Below, piece after piece: positions 21,918-31,702 of a DNA stretch of 64,000 bases (within the stretch, counting starts at the first letter, position 1; each line of letters starts with the position of its first letter). The notes under the pieces are model-generated. The model worked only from the letters and a program-made list of their open reading frames with translations, was not told the DNA's origin and ran no database searches. The translations under genes were made by a program, and so were the position numbers. This DNA is from Candidatus Poribacteria bacterium (GTDB taxonomy: Bacteria > Poribacteria > WGA-4E > WGA-3G): contig CAXXUA010000005.1 in assembly GCA_963663765.2 (NCBI GenBank), positions 1,696,001 through 1,760,000 on the forward strand, given 5' to 3'.

Positions 21918-22282
21918 CAGGGTTATTTAGTTTTAAGAATTATCAGTTAATGGGTGTTACTTAAAGTTTATATCGTAGTTCGGGTAGAGCGTATGCGAAA
22001 CCCGACATGTATTGATTTTGTCTATCATGTCGGGTTTCGCTCACGCTCTACCCATAGGTGTCAACTTAAGGATTCTGACCTCTTGTGGGAGGGGTTTGCA
22101 ACCCCGATTTTATGTTCATTTCCACTCAAATCGGGGTTACAAACCCCTCCCACAAGAGAATATGCCAACACTTTTTTCTTAAGTTGACACCTATGGGTTT
22201 CGCTCACGCTCTACCCGACCTACGATATTAAATCATGAATGTTATAAATATCTGCCAAAATATCTAAAACTGAATAACCCTG
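21918..22282. mobile_element. CAGGG MITE with REP-D doublet and nested CAT MITE (22053-22195)
   Basis: Perfect 9-bp TSD CATAAATCC; inner 20-bp duplication GGTTTCGCTCACGCTCTACC. Confidence 0.85.
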
Positions 22283-22299
22283 CATAAATCCGAATTGAC

Positions 22300-22328
22300 T
22301 TGACTTATTTTATTTCACTCCATATAAT
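22300..22328 (+). promoter_or_regulatory. sigma70 promoter TTGACT-N17-TATAAT
   Basis: Near-consensus hexamers upstream of 22369. Confidence 0.6.
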
Positions 22329-22368
22329 TGCCATCACAACCTAACAAACATACTGGAGGATTCTGCCG

Positions 22369-23577
22369 ATGGCTAAAACAGTTTGCATCGTGGGAACAAT
22401 GGATACCAAAGGCATAGAATTTGACTTCATCAAAGATCACATAGAAGCAAGCGGTGTTTCAACATGTGTTGTCAATACAGGTATCATGGGAGAACCACAG
22501 TTTACCCCTGATATTTCTGCTGATGAGGTCGCACAAGCTGCACACTCATCACTGAAGGCATTGCGGGATGAAGGCGACCGCGGCAATAGTGTCGCTGTGA
22601 TGGCACAAGGCGCAGCAACGCTTATTGCAGAAAAACATACTGCGGGTGAAATTGACGGTATAATTTCCCTGGGAGGTTCTGCAGGCACTACAATCGGCAC
22701 GACAGCCATGCAGGCATTGCCTGTCGGTGTGCCGAAACTCATGGTCTCCACTCTCGCCTCTGGTGATACAAGTCCTTATGTGCAATCCAAAGACATCTGT
22801 ATGATGTATTCTGTCGTTGACATTGCTGGCATCAATCGCCTGTCACGAGAGATACTTTCAAACGCAGCAGGAGCAATTGTCGGGATGGTCACTGCTGAAA
22901 CACCCCAAGCTACAACAGACAAACCCCTCATCGCTGCAACAATGTTTGGCGTAACCACTCCGTGTGTAACAAAAGCCCATGAAATCCTTGAAGCCGCAGG
23001 ATACGAAGTCCTCGTTTTTCATGCAACAGGCACAGGTGGACGCGCAATGGAAGACCTCGTCAAAGGTGGATTCCTTGCAGCCGTGCTTGACGTAACAACA
23101 ACTGAGCTTGCTGACGAATTGGTCGGTGGCATTCTCAGTGCCGGTCCCGAACGGTTGGATGCTGCAGCACAAGCGGGGTTACCACAAGTCATCGCTCCAG
23201 GTGCTTTAGATATGGTCAACTTCGGTCCACCAGATACCGTCCCAGAAAAGTTCAAGCAACGTCAGTTCTATCAACACAATCCAACGGTCACCCTCATGCG
23301 AACAACCCCTGAAGAAACTGCTGAGTTAGGCAAAATCATGGCACACAAACTCAACGAAGCAAAAGGTCCCACTACCGTCCTCATTCCCACACAAGGTGTT
23401 TCTGCAATTGATATGACAGGACAGCCTTTTGATTCACCCGAAGCGAGAGACGCATGGAGAGAAAACCTAAAGGCACACATCGGCAACAATGTTACGGTCA
23501 TTGAAATGGATGCGCATATCAACGATGACGAATTCGCTACTAAACTTGCTGAAACATTGTTAGAGAATTTGAAATAA
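22369..23577 (+). CDS. Tm-1-like ATP-binding protein (UPF0261)
   Basis: GTMDTKG.E, GGSAGT, SVVDIAGIN, TMFGVTTPCV, VFHATGTGG and GALDMVNFG motifs. Confidence 0.9.
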   Translation: MAKTVCIVGTMDTKGIEFDFIKDHIEASGVSTCVVNTGIMGEPQFTPDISADEVAQAAHSSLKALRDEGDRGNSVAVMAQGAATLIAEKHTAGEIDGIISLGGSAGTTIGTTAMQALPVGVPKLMVSTLASGDTSPYVQSKDICMMYSVVDIAGINRLSREILSNAAGAIVGMVTAETPQATTDKPLIAATMFGVTTPCVTKAHEILEAAGYEVLVFHATGTGGRAMEDLVKGGFLAAVLDVTTTELADELVGGILSAGPERLDAAAQAGLPQVIAPGALDMVNFGPPDTVPEKFKQRQFYQHNPTVTLMRTTPEETAELGKIMAHKLNEAKGPTTVLIPTQGVSAIDMTGQPFDSPEARDAWRENLKAHIGNNVTVIEMDAHINDDEFATKLAETLLENLK

Positions 23578-23587
23578 GAGGAATCAC

Positions 23588-24505
23588 ATGCCAAAAACCT
23601 ATAAAACACTGACAGAATCAGATGTCCAACATTTCATAAAGAAGGGACACGTTGTCCTGAAAGACTGCTTTTCGCGCGAATTAGCAGCGGAATGGCGCGC
23701 ACTCGCTTTCAAACGACTCGGCTACGACCCCGACAACCCATCAACTTGGCAGGAACCCCGCATACACATGCCATCCATGAACCGTAAACCTATTCAAGAA
23801 ATTGCTCCGAGAGCCTGGGACGCCATCTGTGACCTACTCGGTGGTGATGATAGAATTGCTAACAGAGAACCGTCATGGAGTGATGGATTCATCATAAACT
23901 TTGCCTTAGGCGCCGATAAAAAATGGATACCGCCTGAAACACATCGATGGGGTTGGCATAAAGATGGAGATTTCTTCCGACACTTTTTGGACAGTCCCGA
24001 ACAAGGACTGCTCACTATCATTGTCTGGTCTGATATTCAACCAAAAAGCGGCGGCACTTTTGTGGCATGCGATTCAGTGCAGCATGTGGCACGGCATCTG
24101 TTTGAAAATCCACAAGGACTCCGACCCGGAGATGGTTTCGGTCAGTTGGTCGAGAAGTGCAAAGACTTTGTAGAAATCACAGGGAACGCAGGGGATGTTG
24201 TGCTTTTGCATCCATTTATCTTGCACTCTGCATCCAACAACCCATCCGGCCGCGCTCGTTTCATCACAAACCCACCAGTTGCACTCAAAGAACCGATGAA
24301 TTTCAACCGTCACAACCCAGACGATTTCTCCCCTGTGGAACTGGCAGTTTTGCGGGGATTAGGTAAAAGCCGCTTAGACTTCAAAACAGAAGCACCGCGC
24401 GAACGTTTAGTACCAGAACGTATCAAACGCCAAAAGAAAATGTTGGAAGAGCAGAAGAAACGGCTTGCAGTGGTAGGAGCGAACTCCCGGTCCCGACCGT
24501 TTTAG
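23588..24505 (+). CDS. PhyH-like 2OG-Fe(II) dioxygenase
   Basis: WHKDGD, GGTF and GDVVLLHPFILHS motifs. The last ~11 codons come from a REP. Confidence 0.8.
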   Translation: MPKTYKTLTESDVQHFIKKGHVVLKDCFSRELAAEWRALAFKRLGYDPDNPSTWQEPRIHMPSMNRKPIQEIAPRAWDAICDLLGGDDRIANREPSWSDGFIINFALGADKKWIPPETHRWGWHKDGDFFRHFLDSPEQGLLTIIVWSDIQPKSGGTFVACDSVQHVARHLFENPQGLRPGDGFGQLVEKCKDFVEITGNAGDVVLLHPFILHSASNNPSGRARFITNPPVALKEPMNFNRHNPDDFSPVELAVLRGLGKSRLDFKTEAPRERLVPERIKRQKKMLEEQKKRLAVVGANSRSRPF

Positions 24506-24871
24506 AATCTTGTGGTAGGAGCGACCTCCCGGTCCCGACCGTTTTACAATCTTGTGGTAGGAGCGACCTCCCGGTCCCGACCGTTTTACAATCTTGTGGT
24601 AGGAGCGACCTCCCGGTCCCGACCGTTTTACAATCTTGTGGTAGGAGCGACCTCCCGGTCGCGACCGTATACCGCGCTGGTAGGAGCGACCTCCCGGTCG
24701 CGACCGTATACCGCGCTGGTAGGAGCGACCTCCCGGTCGCGACCGTTTTACAATCTTGTGGTAGGAGCGACCTCCCAGTCGCGACCGTATACCGCGCTGG
24801 TAGGAGCGACCTCCCGGTCGCGACTGTTGTCCTCCCCTTCAATGGTAGGAGCGACCTCCCGGTCGCGACCG
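24472..24871 (+). repeat. tandem array of 10 REP-A units with two recurring linkers
   Basis: Linkers GTTTTACAATCTTGT and GTATACCGCGCT. Confidence 0.85.
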
Positions 24872-24984
24872 TTATTTTCAACATAATTCTTGATTAAATC
24901 AAGAAAACTGCGTCCGGCCTGTTCTCTGCTCTTAATTACAATCCTTCCTATCTAATCCCCAAACATCACAGTTCATCAGTTTTA

Positions 24985-25016
24985 TGTAACCTTTTCTTAT
25001 GTTTTGCATTCTTACA
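24985..25016 (+). promoter_or_regulatory. putative ECF sigma promoter TGTAAC-N16-CATTCTTACA
   Basis: The same motif and spacing recur at 27439-27470. Confidence 0.6.
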
Positions 25017-25063
25017 TATAAATACACGCTCAAAATTGCAATCAGAAAAAAGGAGAAATAACC

Positions 25064-26377
25064 ATGAAAGAAAATAGTGTAGATGTTTGGAATGACTATC
25101 TGAATACACTTGAAAACCGTGGGCTTGCAACCGTTGATTGGGAAATTGCATCAGATGTTCAGGAAAAGTTAATAGACTTCTTCAAATCAAAAATTGATGA
25201 AGGTGTCTCTGATGGAAAAACGTCGCTTCCCCCCGATTTGACAGTGTACATCTATCGCTTCCCTAAAGAGATGCGGTGGATACTGCGAGTCTATGCTGAG
25301 GGGGCATTAGAAAGCCAGCCAGACAATGGCGCAGCAGCAAAATTCTTGGCGATAGAAACGTTGAACGTACTTAATGTAACAATTCCTTTCAATCAAAAAC
25401 GTCCACTTTTGGAAAAAGCGATGGAACAATTGGCAAAAGATATTGAAATCTGCTTCTTCGCCTTTTTGCAATATGGCTCCTACCATGAAGACGAAGATGC
25501 ACTCCAATCTTTGGAAAAAATGTTTGAGAGACTACAAGATGCTTCTCACGAGACACAAACTACGTGGGTATACCGAATATACGACTATAGTGAAGTCTGG
25601 CAAAATCCAATTGATATCCGTCAGGACCTTAATTCTGACGATCCATTCATTGAACGGTGGAATGTTATATTTAGCAAAATACAAACTATCTTGGAGAAAC
25701 AATTAGAGCAAAAACCCAAAGATTGGGATGCCTCACGGATGTTAGCTAAAATTCACGAAACATTAGGTGACCCTGAAGGGGTGAAAGCAGTTTATAAAGA
25801 AGCACAACCGGTTTTTGAGAAGGTATTGGAGAAAAAACCCAACGATTGGGATGCTCTAAACGCACTCACTAATATCCATGAGAAGTTAGGAAATACCGAA
25901 CTTTCACGCCAATATCAACTAAAGCAGGATCCGACATTAGCATGGGAAGGACAGAACTTGCCCGATTTCTCAGAAGGAACAGTTGACCTTGATGAAAATC
26001 CAATTTCACTTGCGGATTACAAAGGAAAAATCGTGTTACTCGATTTCTGGGCAGTGTGGTGCGGTCCCTGCCTCGGAGAAATACCGAATGTTAAAGAAGT
26101 CTACGAGAAATATCACCACAAAGGTTTTGATGTTATTGGTGTGAGTTTTGACAAAGACGAAGCAGTATTGCGTGAATTCATCAAGGAAAAAGAGATACCA
26201 TGGAAGCAAATTTTGGATAAAGATGGTTTTCGCGGCGTATTTGCAAAGCAGTACGGTGTGAGTGGTATTCCTGCACCATTTCTGATTGATCGTAATGGTA
26301 AGGTACTCTCAGTCAATGCAAGAAATAACCTACTTGGTGAACTCGTTAAAGCAGAGATTGAAGGTAAAAAAGGATAA
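25064..26377 (+). CDS. TlpA/redoxin-family protein with helical (TPR-like) N-terminal region
   Basis: LLDFWAVWCGPC and GIPAPFLIDRNG motifs; TPR-like PxDWDA repeats. Confidence 0.85.
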   Translation: MKENSVDVWNDYLNTLENRGLATVDWEIASDVQEKLIDFFKSKIDEGVSDGKTSLPPDLTVYIYRFPKEMRWILRVYAEGALESQPDNGAAAKFLAIETLNVLNVTIPFNQKRPLLEKAMEQLAKDIEICFFAFLQYGSYHEDEDALQSLEKMFERLQDASHETQTTWVYRIYDYSEVWQNPIDIRQDLNSDDPFIERWNVIFSKIQTILEKQLEQKPKDWDASRMLAKIHETLGDPEGVKAVYKEAQPVFEKVLEKKPNDWDALNALTNIHEKLGNTELSRQYQLKQDPTLAWEGQNLPDFSEGTVDLDENPISLADYKGKIVLLDFWAVWCGPCLGEIPNVKEVYEKYHHKGFDVIGVSFDKDEAVLREFIKEKEIPWKQILDKDGFRGVFAKQYGVSGIPAPFLIDRNGKVLSVNARNNLLGELVKAEIEGKKG

Positions 26378-26464
26378 GTAAAGGTTTTTCTGTAGGTGTG
26401 CCTTGCAAGCGCGCCTACTGCGGATGTTAAATAAATTATGAGTTTTGCAATGTCAGAGAATTAA

Positions 26465-26768
26465 TACCATTTCAAATAAATCTTGTCTCATTAAGGAAGT
26501 CTAATGTTTACTGCCAGGGGGGTACTCGCTTCGGTAGGAGCGACCTCCCGGTCGCGACCGTAAGATCACTGCTGAGATCTCTGGTAGGAGCGACCTCCCG
26601 GTCGCGACCGTCAAACCAAACCTACAACTATCGGTAGGAGCGACCTCCCGGTCGCGACCGTAAGATCACTGCTGAGATCTCTGGTAGGAGCGACCTCCCG
26701 GTCGCGACCGTGTTGTCCCACCTACCAGATTTACGCTGATAATGAGACATTATCACATGAAAATGGTA
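26465..26768. mobile_element. TACC-family MITE with four REP-A units
   Basis: TAA TSD; internal duplication of REP units. Confidence 0.75.
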
Positions 26769-26804
26769 TAATAAAACAGCGATGGACACAGAGGATAAAT
26801 ACCA

Positions 26805-27419
26805 ATGGATGAACTTCACGACGAAGAATTAATACATCAAAATATAGACGTTGATGATGACGGTGCATTTGAAATCCTTTACCACCGTTATGAAGGTCCA
26901 TTGCTCAGCTTTTTCTACAGACGCGTCGGCAACTGGGAAACCGCACAAGACCTTGTGCAGGAGACGTTCATCAAGGTGCATCAAAATCTACGGAAACTTC
27001 GGAATCCAAAAAGCTTTTCCAGTTGGTTGTATAGTATCGCGCATCAACTCATTGCAGCACATTTCCGTAAAGAGCAGAGAAAACTTGAAATCGGTTCAAT
27101 TGAAGGAAATCCAGAGGCATATTTGGTAGACCTTGAGCATCGTTCACCTATCTATCGCATCATTGCCAAAGAACAAATGGAAATTGTATATGCGCTTGCA
27201 CAACGATTGCCTATTTCCGAACAAGAAGTATTTGAACTGAAACTCGCAAATCCCAAAATGCTGTTGGATGAAATCGCTAAAAAATTGAATATCAACCTAT
27301 CGGCAACTAAAGTTCGATTTTATCGCGCTAAGAAAAGAATTCGTTCCTGGATGAAAACTGAATATCCCGGTGAATTTGATAACATCTTTGGAAAAGAAAA
27401 TGATACAAAAACAGAATGA
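26805..27419 (+). CDS. ECF RNA polymerase sigma-70 factor
   Basis: Region 2 AQDLVQETFIK..FSSWLYSIA; region 4 EIAKKLNI...KVRFYRAK. Confidence 0.88.
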   Translation: MDELHDEELIHQNIDVDDDGAFEILYHRYEGPLLSFFYRRVGNWETAQDLVQETFIKVHQNLRKLRNPKSFSSWLYSIAHQLIAAHFRKEQRKLEIGSIEGNPEAYLVDLEHRSPIYRIIAKEQMEIVYALAQRLPISEQEVFELKLANPKMLLDEIAKKLNINLSATKVRFYRAKKRIRSWMKTEYPGEFDNIFGKENDTKTE

Positions 27420-27438
27420 TATAGCAAAATGGATTTTA

Positions 27439-27470
27439 TGTAACCTTTTTAGTCTATATACATTCTTACA
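27439..27470 (+). promoter_or_regulatory. putative ECF sigma promoter TGTAAC-N16-CATTCTTACA
   Basis: Matches 24985-25016. Confidence 0.6.
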
Positions 27471-27487
27471 CTAAAAGGAGAATACAC

Positions 27488-28198
27488 ATGACACCGACTG
27501 ATGTCAAGGAATTGCTAATAACTCTAATCGCAGCACAGGAACTGCAAATCAATGTAGTTGATACAGTACTTGAACGATATCGTGGTGGTTCAGACTACAC
27601 CACCGAAGAACGTATAAAGGATGTTATCCACCAATGGAACAAAGATGGTAAAATCTACACGCGGCATCCCGGGAGAGCAGATATTATGGAGTTTTATACA
27701 AAAACTGACGCTACTTCCCCAACAAAAGAATTGTTGGATTCTTTAGAAGTTGAAGTACTTCTTGAAACCATTATCAAAGAACAAGATCTATCTCTCTCTT
27801 TCACAGACCACGGCTTCAGATTGGTCACTATGGCTGAAAATGATACGTCGCGTTACCCTGTCAAAATACTGCACGGTGGATTTCAGTTAGAGAAACAAAC
27901 AGAGGCTAAGGCTTTAATCCCACAACTAAAGGGTGTCGCGAAGAAATTTGAAATAGTACTAAAGGAGAAGTTCATCAAAGCAAAACTGTTCCACAGAGGT
28001 TTTAGATTAGAGAAAACTTCTGAATCCAACATTCCTCTCACACAGATTAGTGAGATTGCAAAACAGATAGATGATACGCTCGGTATTAACTATAGACTAA
28101 ATTCATATAGGACACCCCCATCCGAAGATGACTTCAAGTCTACCAACTGTATAAGTGCTAATATACGTCCGTCTCTTTGGCGGTTTCCACGACGTTGA
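27488..28198 (+). CDS. hypothetical protein, tandem paralogue 1 (HxGF repeat family)
   Basis: RBS AAGGAG; shares MxPxxV..LL, repeated HxGF and GIxY with the next three ORFs. Confidence 0.75.
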   Translation: MTPTDVKELLITLIAAQELQINVVDTVLERYRGGSDYTTEERIKDVIHQWNKDGKIYTRHPGRADIMEFYTKTDATSPTKELLDSLEVEVLLETIIKEQDLSLSFTDHGFRLVTMAENDTSRYPVKILHGGFQLEKQTEAKALIPQLKGVAKKFEIVLKEKFIKAKLFHRGFRLEKTSESNIPLTQISEIAKQIDDTLGINYRLNSYRTPPSEDDFKSTNCISANIRPSLWRFPRR

Positions 28199-28256
28199 AG
28201 GATTCTGTAGAACCAAACTTGACAACATTTCTATTTCAATGAAAGGAGACTGAACT

Positions 28257-28991
28257 ATGAACCCAAGCAAAGTTGAAGAAATACTAAACAGTTTAATCGA
28301 CGAACTCAATCTTCCTATCAATATCTCAGAAAGTGGACCAAAAGTGATTATTAATAGTGATAGTGCAACACGAGAACGAGCAGAAGAGATAGTAAAAGAG
28401 TGGATGGATGGAGAGCATCTGAGTCATGGAATTTCTGTCGGACGCACCGTCGCAGAAATTGATAAACTAACAACACGTCTCGCTTTAGACACGCACCGTT
28501 CATCGGAAGTAAAGACAATCCTCAAATCACTCATTACAGAGCAGGCACTGCCTTTGAAAGTGACTGATTGCGGTTTTCAATTGGAAATCCTAATAGATGA
28601 AAACGTTGACTATCGGAGTGAAGAGATGATAACGCTGGAATCAATGTATGAAAAAGAAGGTATAGACATTCCAGTACGCCATAACGGTTTCATACTACGG
28701 CATAAGGAAGACGACACCGAAGTTCAGTTTTCTGATGCCGAAACATTGGCAAAACATCTCGCGTCTTTGTTGATAGAATACGGACTACACGTAAAATTGC
28801 TCCATATAGGTTTTCAAGTGCATAAAAAGCAAGAAAACGAAATTGATATCGCAGAGGTGGAAGAGTTGACAAATCGGTTAGAAAACATGGTAGGCATCCG
28901 CTATGTCCAAGGCGGTTACGGATACATTGTGCCCGGTTTAGATACAGAAATCCACTGGACACAAGCAGATATAACTACTGCTTTGCCATAG
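28257..28991 (+). CDS. hypothetical protein, tandem paralogue 2
   Basis: RBS AAGGAG; highly similar to 29942-30688. Confidence 0.78.
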   Translation: MNPSKVEEILNSLIDELNLPINISESGPKVIINSDSATRERAEEIVKEWMDGEHLSHGISVGRTVAEIDKLTTRLALDTHRSSEVKTILKSLITEQALPLKVTDCGFQLEILIDENVDYRSEEMITLESMYEKEGIDIPVRHNGFILRHKEDDTEVQFSDAETLAKHLASLLIEYGLHVKLLHIGFQVHKKQENEIDIAEVEELTNRLENMVGIRYVQGGYGYIVPGLDTEIHWTQADITTALP

Positions 28992-29078
28992 TTGTCAACA
29001 CATAGACACAAAATTCACATACATATTAATCTGAACGAGTCAAAACCCAAAATAACAAAATTTCTTTGGAGGTAAAAT

Positions 29079-29906
29079 ATGTACCCAAACGATGTGAAAG
29101 ATCTATTGCGATCTTCAGTTACAGAGTTATCGTTGCCAGTTGCGGTTTCGGATTGCGGTCCCCTCTTAATTAGCGATGACGATTCCAATGCAACAAGAGA
29201 CCGTCTCAAAAATATCGCACAACAGTGGATGGACCTTGAAAGAGATGAATGCGACGAAATTCCTAAAATGGTACAAGAAGCAAGGGAAGCTATCGGGTTT
29301 TATGGAAAACATAGAAGCTATAGGACATCTGTAGGAATAACTGAATCTGAGATGTGCGACGAAATAGAACATCTTGCATTAGGCACGAAACGGCTTTCTG
29401 AAGTAAGAGAAATTTTGGAAACCTTGATGGCAGAAAGAAAGCTGCAATGTGATATAAACTACAGCGGCTTTGTTGTCAAAGTCCTTTCAGAAGACCCAAC
29501 AAGGTATCGCGACGCAGAAATGGTAAGACTTGAAACCTTGATAAAAGAACAGAACTTAAAAGTCCAGGTACGCCATAGCGGTTTTAGTTTACCCCGAGCA
29601 AACAAATCCACAGATATACAATTATCAGGAATGCAAGAATTAGCAAACCGCGTGCAGAATACATTAGAAAAACACGGATTGAAAGCATACTTACTCCACG
29701 ACGGTTTTGAACTAATAAAAGACCAAGAATACGAGATAGATCTCGCAGAGATCGAAGAAATAGTACTTCGCTTAAAACTTATGTCTGGAATTAATTATAG
29801 GGTAAGTCAAAACAGTATGGGAGACAATAAAAAAGTAAAACCAGAGTGGAATTTTGATATTAATTGGAACTATGTGAAGCTGTTAACAAGCAGTCCGTAT
29901 TATTAA
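29079..29906 (+). CDS. hypothetical protein, tandem paralogue 3
   Basis: RBS GGAGG; VRHSGF, LLHDGF and EIDLAE..GINY motifs. Confidence 0.78.
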   Translation: MYPNDVKDLLRSSVTELSLPVAVSDCGPLLISDDDSNATRDRLKNIAQQWMDLERDECDEIPKMVQEAREAIGFYGKHRSYRTSVGITESEMCDEIEHLALGTKRLSEVREILETLMAERKLQCDINYSGFVVKVLSEDPTRYRDAEMVRLETLIKEQNLKVQVRHSGFSLPRANKSTDIQLSGMQELANRVQNTLEKHGLKAYLLHDGFELIKDQEYEIDLAEIEEIVLRLKLMSGINYRVSQNSMGDNKKVKPEWNFDINWNYVKLLTSSPYY

Positions 29907-29941
29907 TTCAGTTTAGCAACACCCCTACCAACGGAGAATGA

Positions 29942-30688
29942 ATGATGAATCCGAATAAAGTAAAAGAATTACTCAACGCTTTGATTGACGAACTCAAATT
30001 ACCTATCCGTGTTACTGTTACTCATAGTGGACCTATTCTGGTTTTCGGTCCAGGAAGCACTGCTACACGATCACGAGCGAGAGATGTATTAACACAATGG
30101 TCAATTGAAAATAATCGTAGTTGGAACATATCTGTAGGACTACCTATAAACGAGAGGGAAAAGGCTACAACCTGTCTTGCTGTGGACACACATCGCACGA
30201 CAGAAATAAGAAATATACTGGAATCCTTAATCACTGAACAAGCTTTCCCATTGACTGTTGTTGATAGTGGTTTTCAATTGGAAATTCTAACTGATGAAGG
30301 GGTAGACTATCGTAATGAAGATATGATAAATCTGGAAGCACTGTTAGAAAAAGAGAACATAAATGTTCCAGTACGTCATAGCGGTTATAGTCTACACCAC
30401 AAGGAAAATGATGAAGAACTTCTTTTTAGCGAAGCCAATACATTGGCAAATCATCTCTCCTCTTTACTGGTAAGACACGGGTTACATGTACGACTGCTCC
30501 ATAACGGTTTTAGAATACTTAAAAACCAAGAAGACGCAATACATATTGCAGAAGTGAAGGAACTCACCAACAGATTGAAGCTTATGGTTGGTATCCGCTA
30601 TATCCAAGGTGAATATAGATATTCAAATGACGTACAAAATCCTGAAATACATTGGGAATCTGCTGATGTCAATACCGCCTTGCCATAG
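29942..30688 (+). CDS. hypothetical protein, tandem paralogue 4
   Basis: RBS GGAG; ends EIHW..AD..TALP like paralogue 2. Confidence 0.78.
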   Translation: MMNPNKVKELLNALIDELKLPIRVTVTHSGPILVFGPGSTATRSRARDVLTQWSIENNRSWNISVGLPINEREKATTCLAVDTHRTTEIRNILESLITEQAFPLTVVDSGFQLEILTDEGVDYRNEDMINLEALLEKENINVPVRHSGYSLHHKENDEELLFSEANTLANHLSSLLVRHGLHVRLLHNGFRILKNQEDAIHIAEVKELTNRLKLMVGIRYIQGEYRYSNDVQNPEIHWESADVNTALP

Positions 30689-30790
30689 TTTCAAAAAATG
30701 CACTGTATTGCGATGTGGGTTGATCCAAACAGATCAATCTCATAATAACAATACATTTAATGAATAACATACAAGATGGAGGATACTCCA

Positions 30791-31054
30791 ATGACCTACG
30801 TAATTTGCGAACCATGCATTGATGTAAAAGATCACGTTTGTGCCGATATATGTCCTGTGGATTGTATCCACCCAATGCAAAACATTGACCCAGATGGATT
30901 TGAGGAAGTAAATCAACTATACATTGACCCTGAAGAATGCATCGATTGCGGAATTTGTGAATCTGAATGTCCCGTTGAGGCGATCTTCGTTGAGGAAGAA
31001 GTACCAGAAGAATGGGAACATTTCATACAAATTAACGCAGATTATTTCAAATAA
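30791..31054 (+). CDS. dicluster (7Fe-type, FdxA-like) ferredoxin
   Basis: TYVICEPCIDVKD..C..CPVDCI and CIDCGICESECPVEAI; start placed after RBS GGAGG. Confidence 0.9.
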   Translation: MTYVICEPCIDVKDHVCADICPVDCIHPMQNIDPDGFEEVNQLYIDPEECIDCGICESECPVEAIFVEEEVPEEWEHFIQINADYFK

Positions 31055-31065
31055 CAAAACAATTC

Positions 31066-31093
31066 TTGACAAATTCATATAATAGGATATAAT
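31066..31093 (+). promoter_or_regulatory. sigma70 promoter TTGACA-N16-TATAAT
   Basis: Perfect hexamers before the second ferredoxin. Confidence 0.6.
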
Positions 31094-31111
31094 ATTAAAA
31101 GGAATAAACAG

Positions 31112-31378
31112 ATGACTTACGTAATATGTGAACCCTGCATAGACGAAAAAGACAGTTCATGTGTTGATATTTGTCCTTGCGATTCTATCCGACCGAATCC
31201 TGGATGGGAAGCCAAAGAATATGAGGCAGTAGACCAGCTTTTTATTGACCCAGTAACATGTATTGAATGTGGTGTTTGTGAACCAGAATGTCCTGTTGAA
31301 GCTATATATTTTGAGGAAGATGTACCTGAAGAATGGGAGCATTATATAGAAAAAAACGCTGATTTTTATAAAAAATAA
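31112..31378 (+). CDS. dicluster ferredoxin paralogue
   Basis: CIECGVCEPECPVEAI motif. Confidence 0.9.
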   Translation: MTYVICEPCIDEKDSSCVDICPCDSIRPNPGWEAKEYEAVDQLFIDPVTCIECGVCEPECPVEAIYFEEDVPEEWEHYIEKNADFYKK

Positions 31379-31438
31379 AAAAACAGTGTTTAAGTAGATA
31401 ATGAGTACGTTATAATATAACAGAAAGGAGATTTTATA

Positions 31439-31702
31439 ATGACCTATGTAATTTGTGAACCTTGCATTGACGAAAAAGATAGTTCATGTGTTGATGTCTG
31501 TCCAGTTGATTGCATTCACCCACATCCAACTGATGCACCAGATGACTTTGAAGAAGTCGAAATGCTATATATAGACCCAGAAGAGTGCATCGATTGTGGT
31601 GTATGTGAACCGGAATGTCCCGTAGAGGCTATCTTTATGGAAGAAGATGTACCTGAAGAATGGGAACATTTCATTGAAATCAACGCCGCATATTTTGAAT
31701 AA
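31439..31702 (+). CDS. dicluster ferredoxin paralogue
   Basis: CIDCGVCEPECPVEAI motif. Confidence 0.9.
   Translation: MTYVICEPCIDEKDSSCVDVCPVDCIHPHPTDAPDDFEEVEMLYIDPEECIDCGVCEPECPVEAIFMEEDVPEEWEHFIEINAAYFE

Noticed and set aside
24472-24871. CRISPR-like repeat-spacer array
   Set aside because: Linkers are only 12-18 bp and reused, and the repeat is the dispersed REP-A palindrome.
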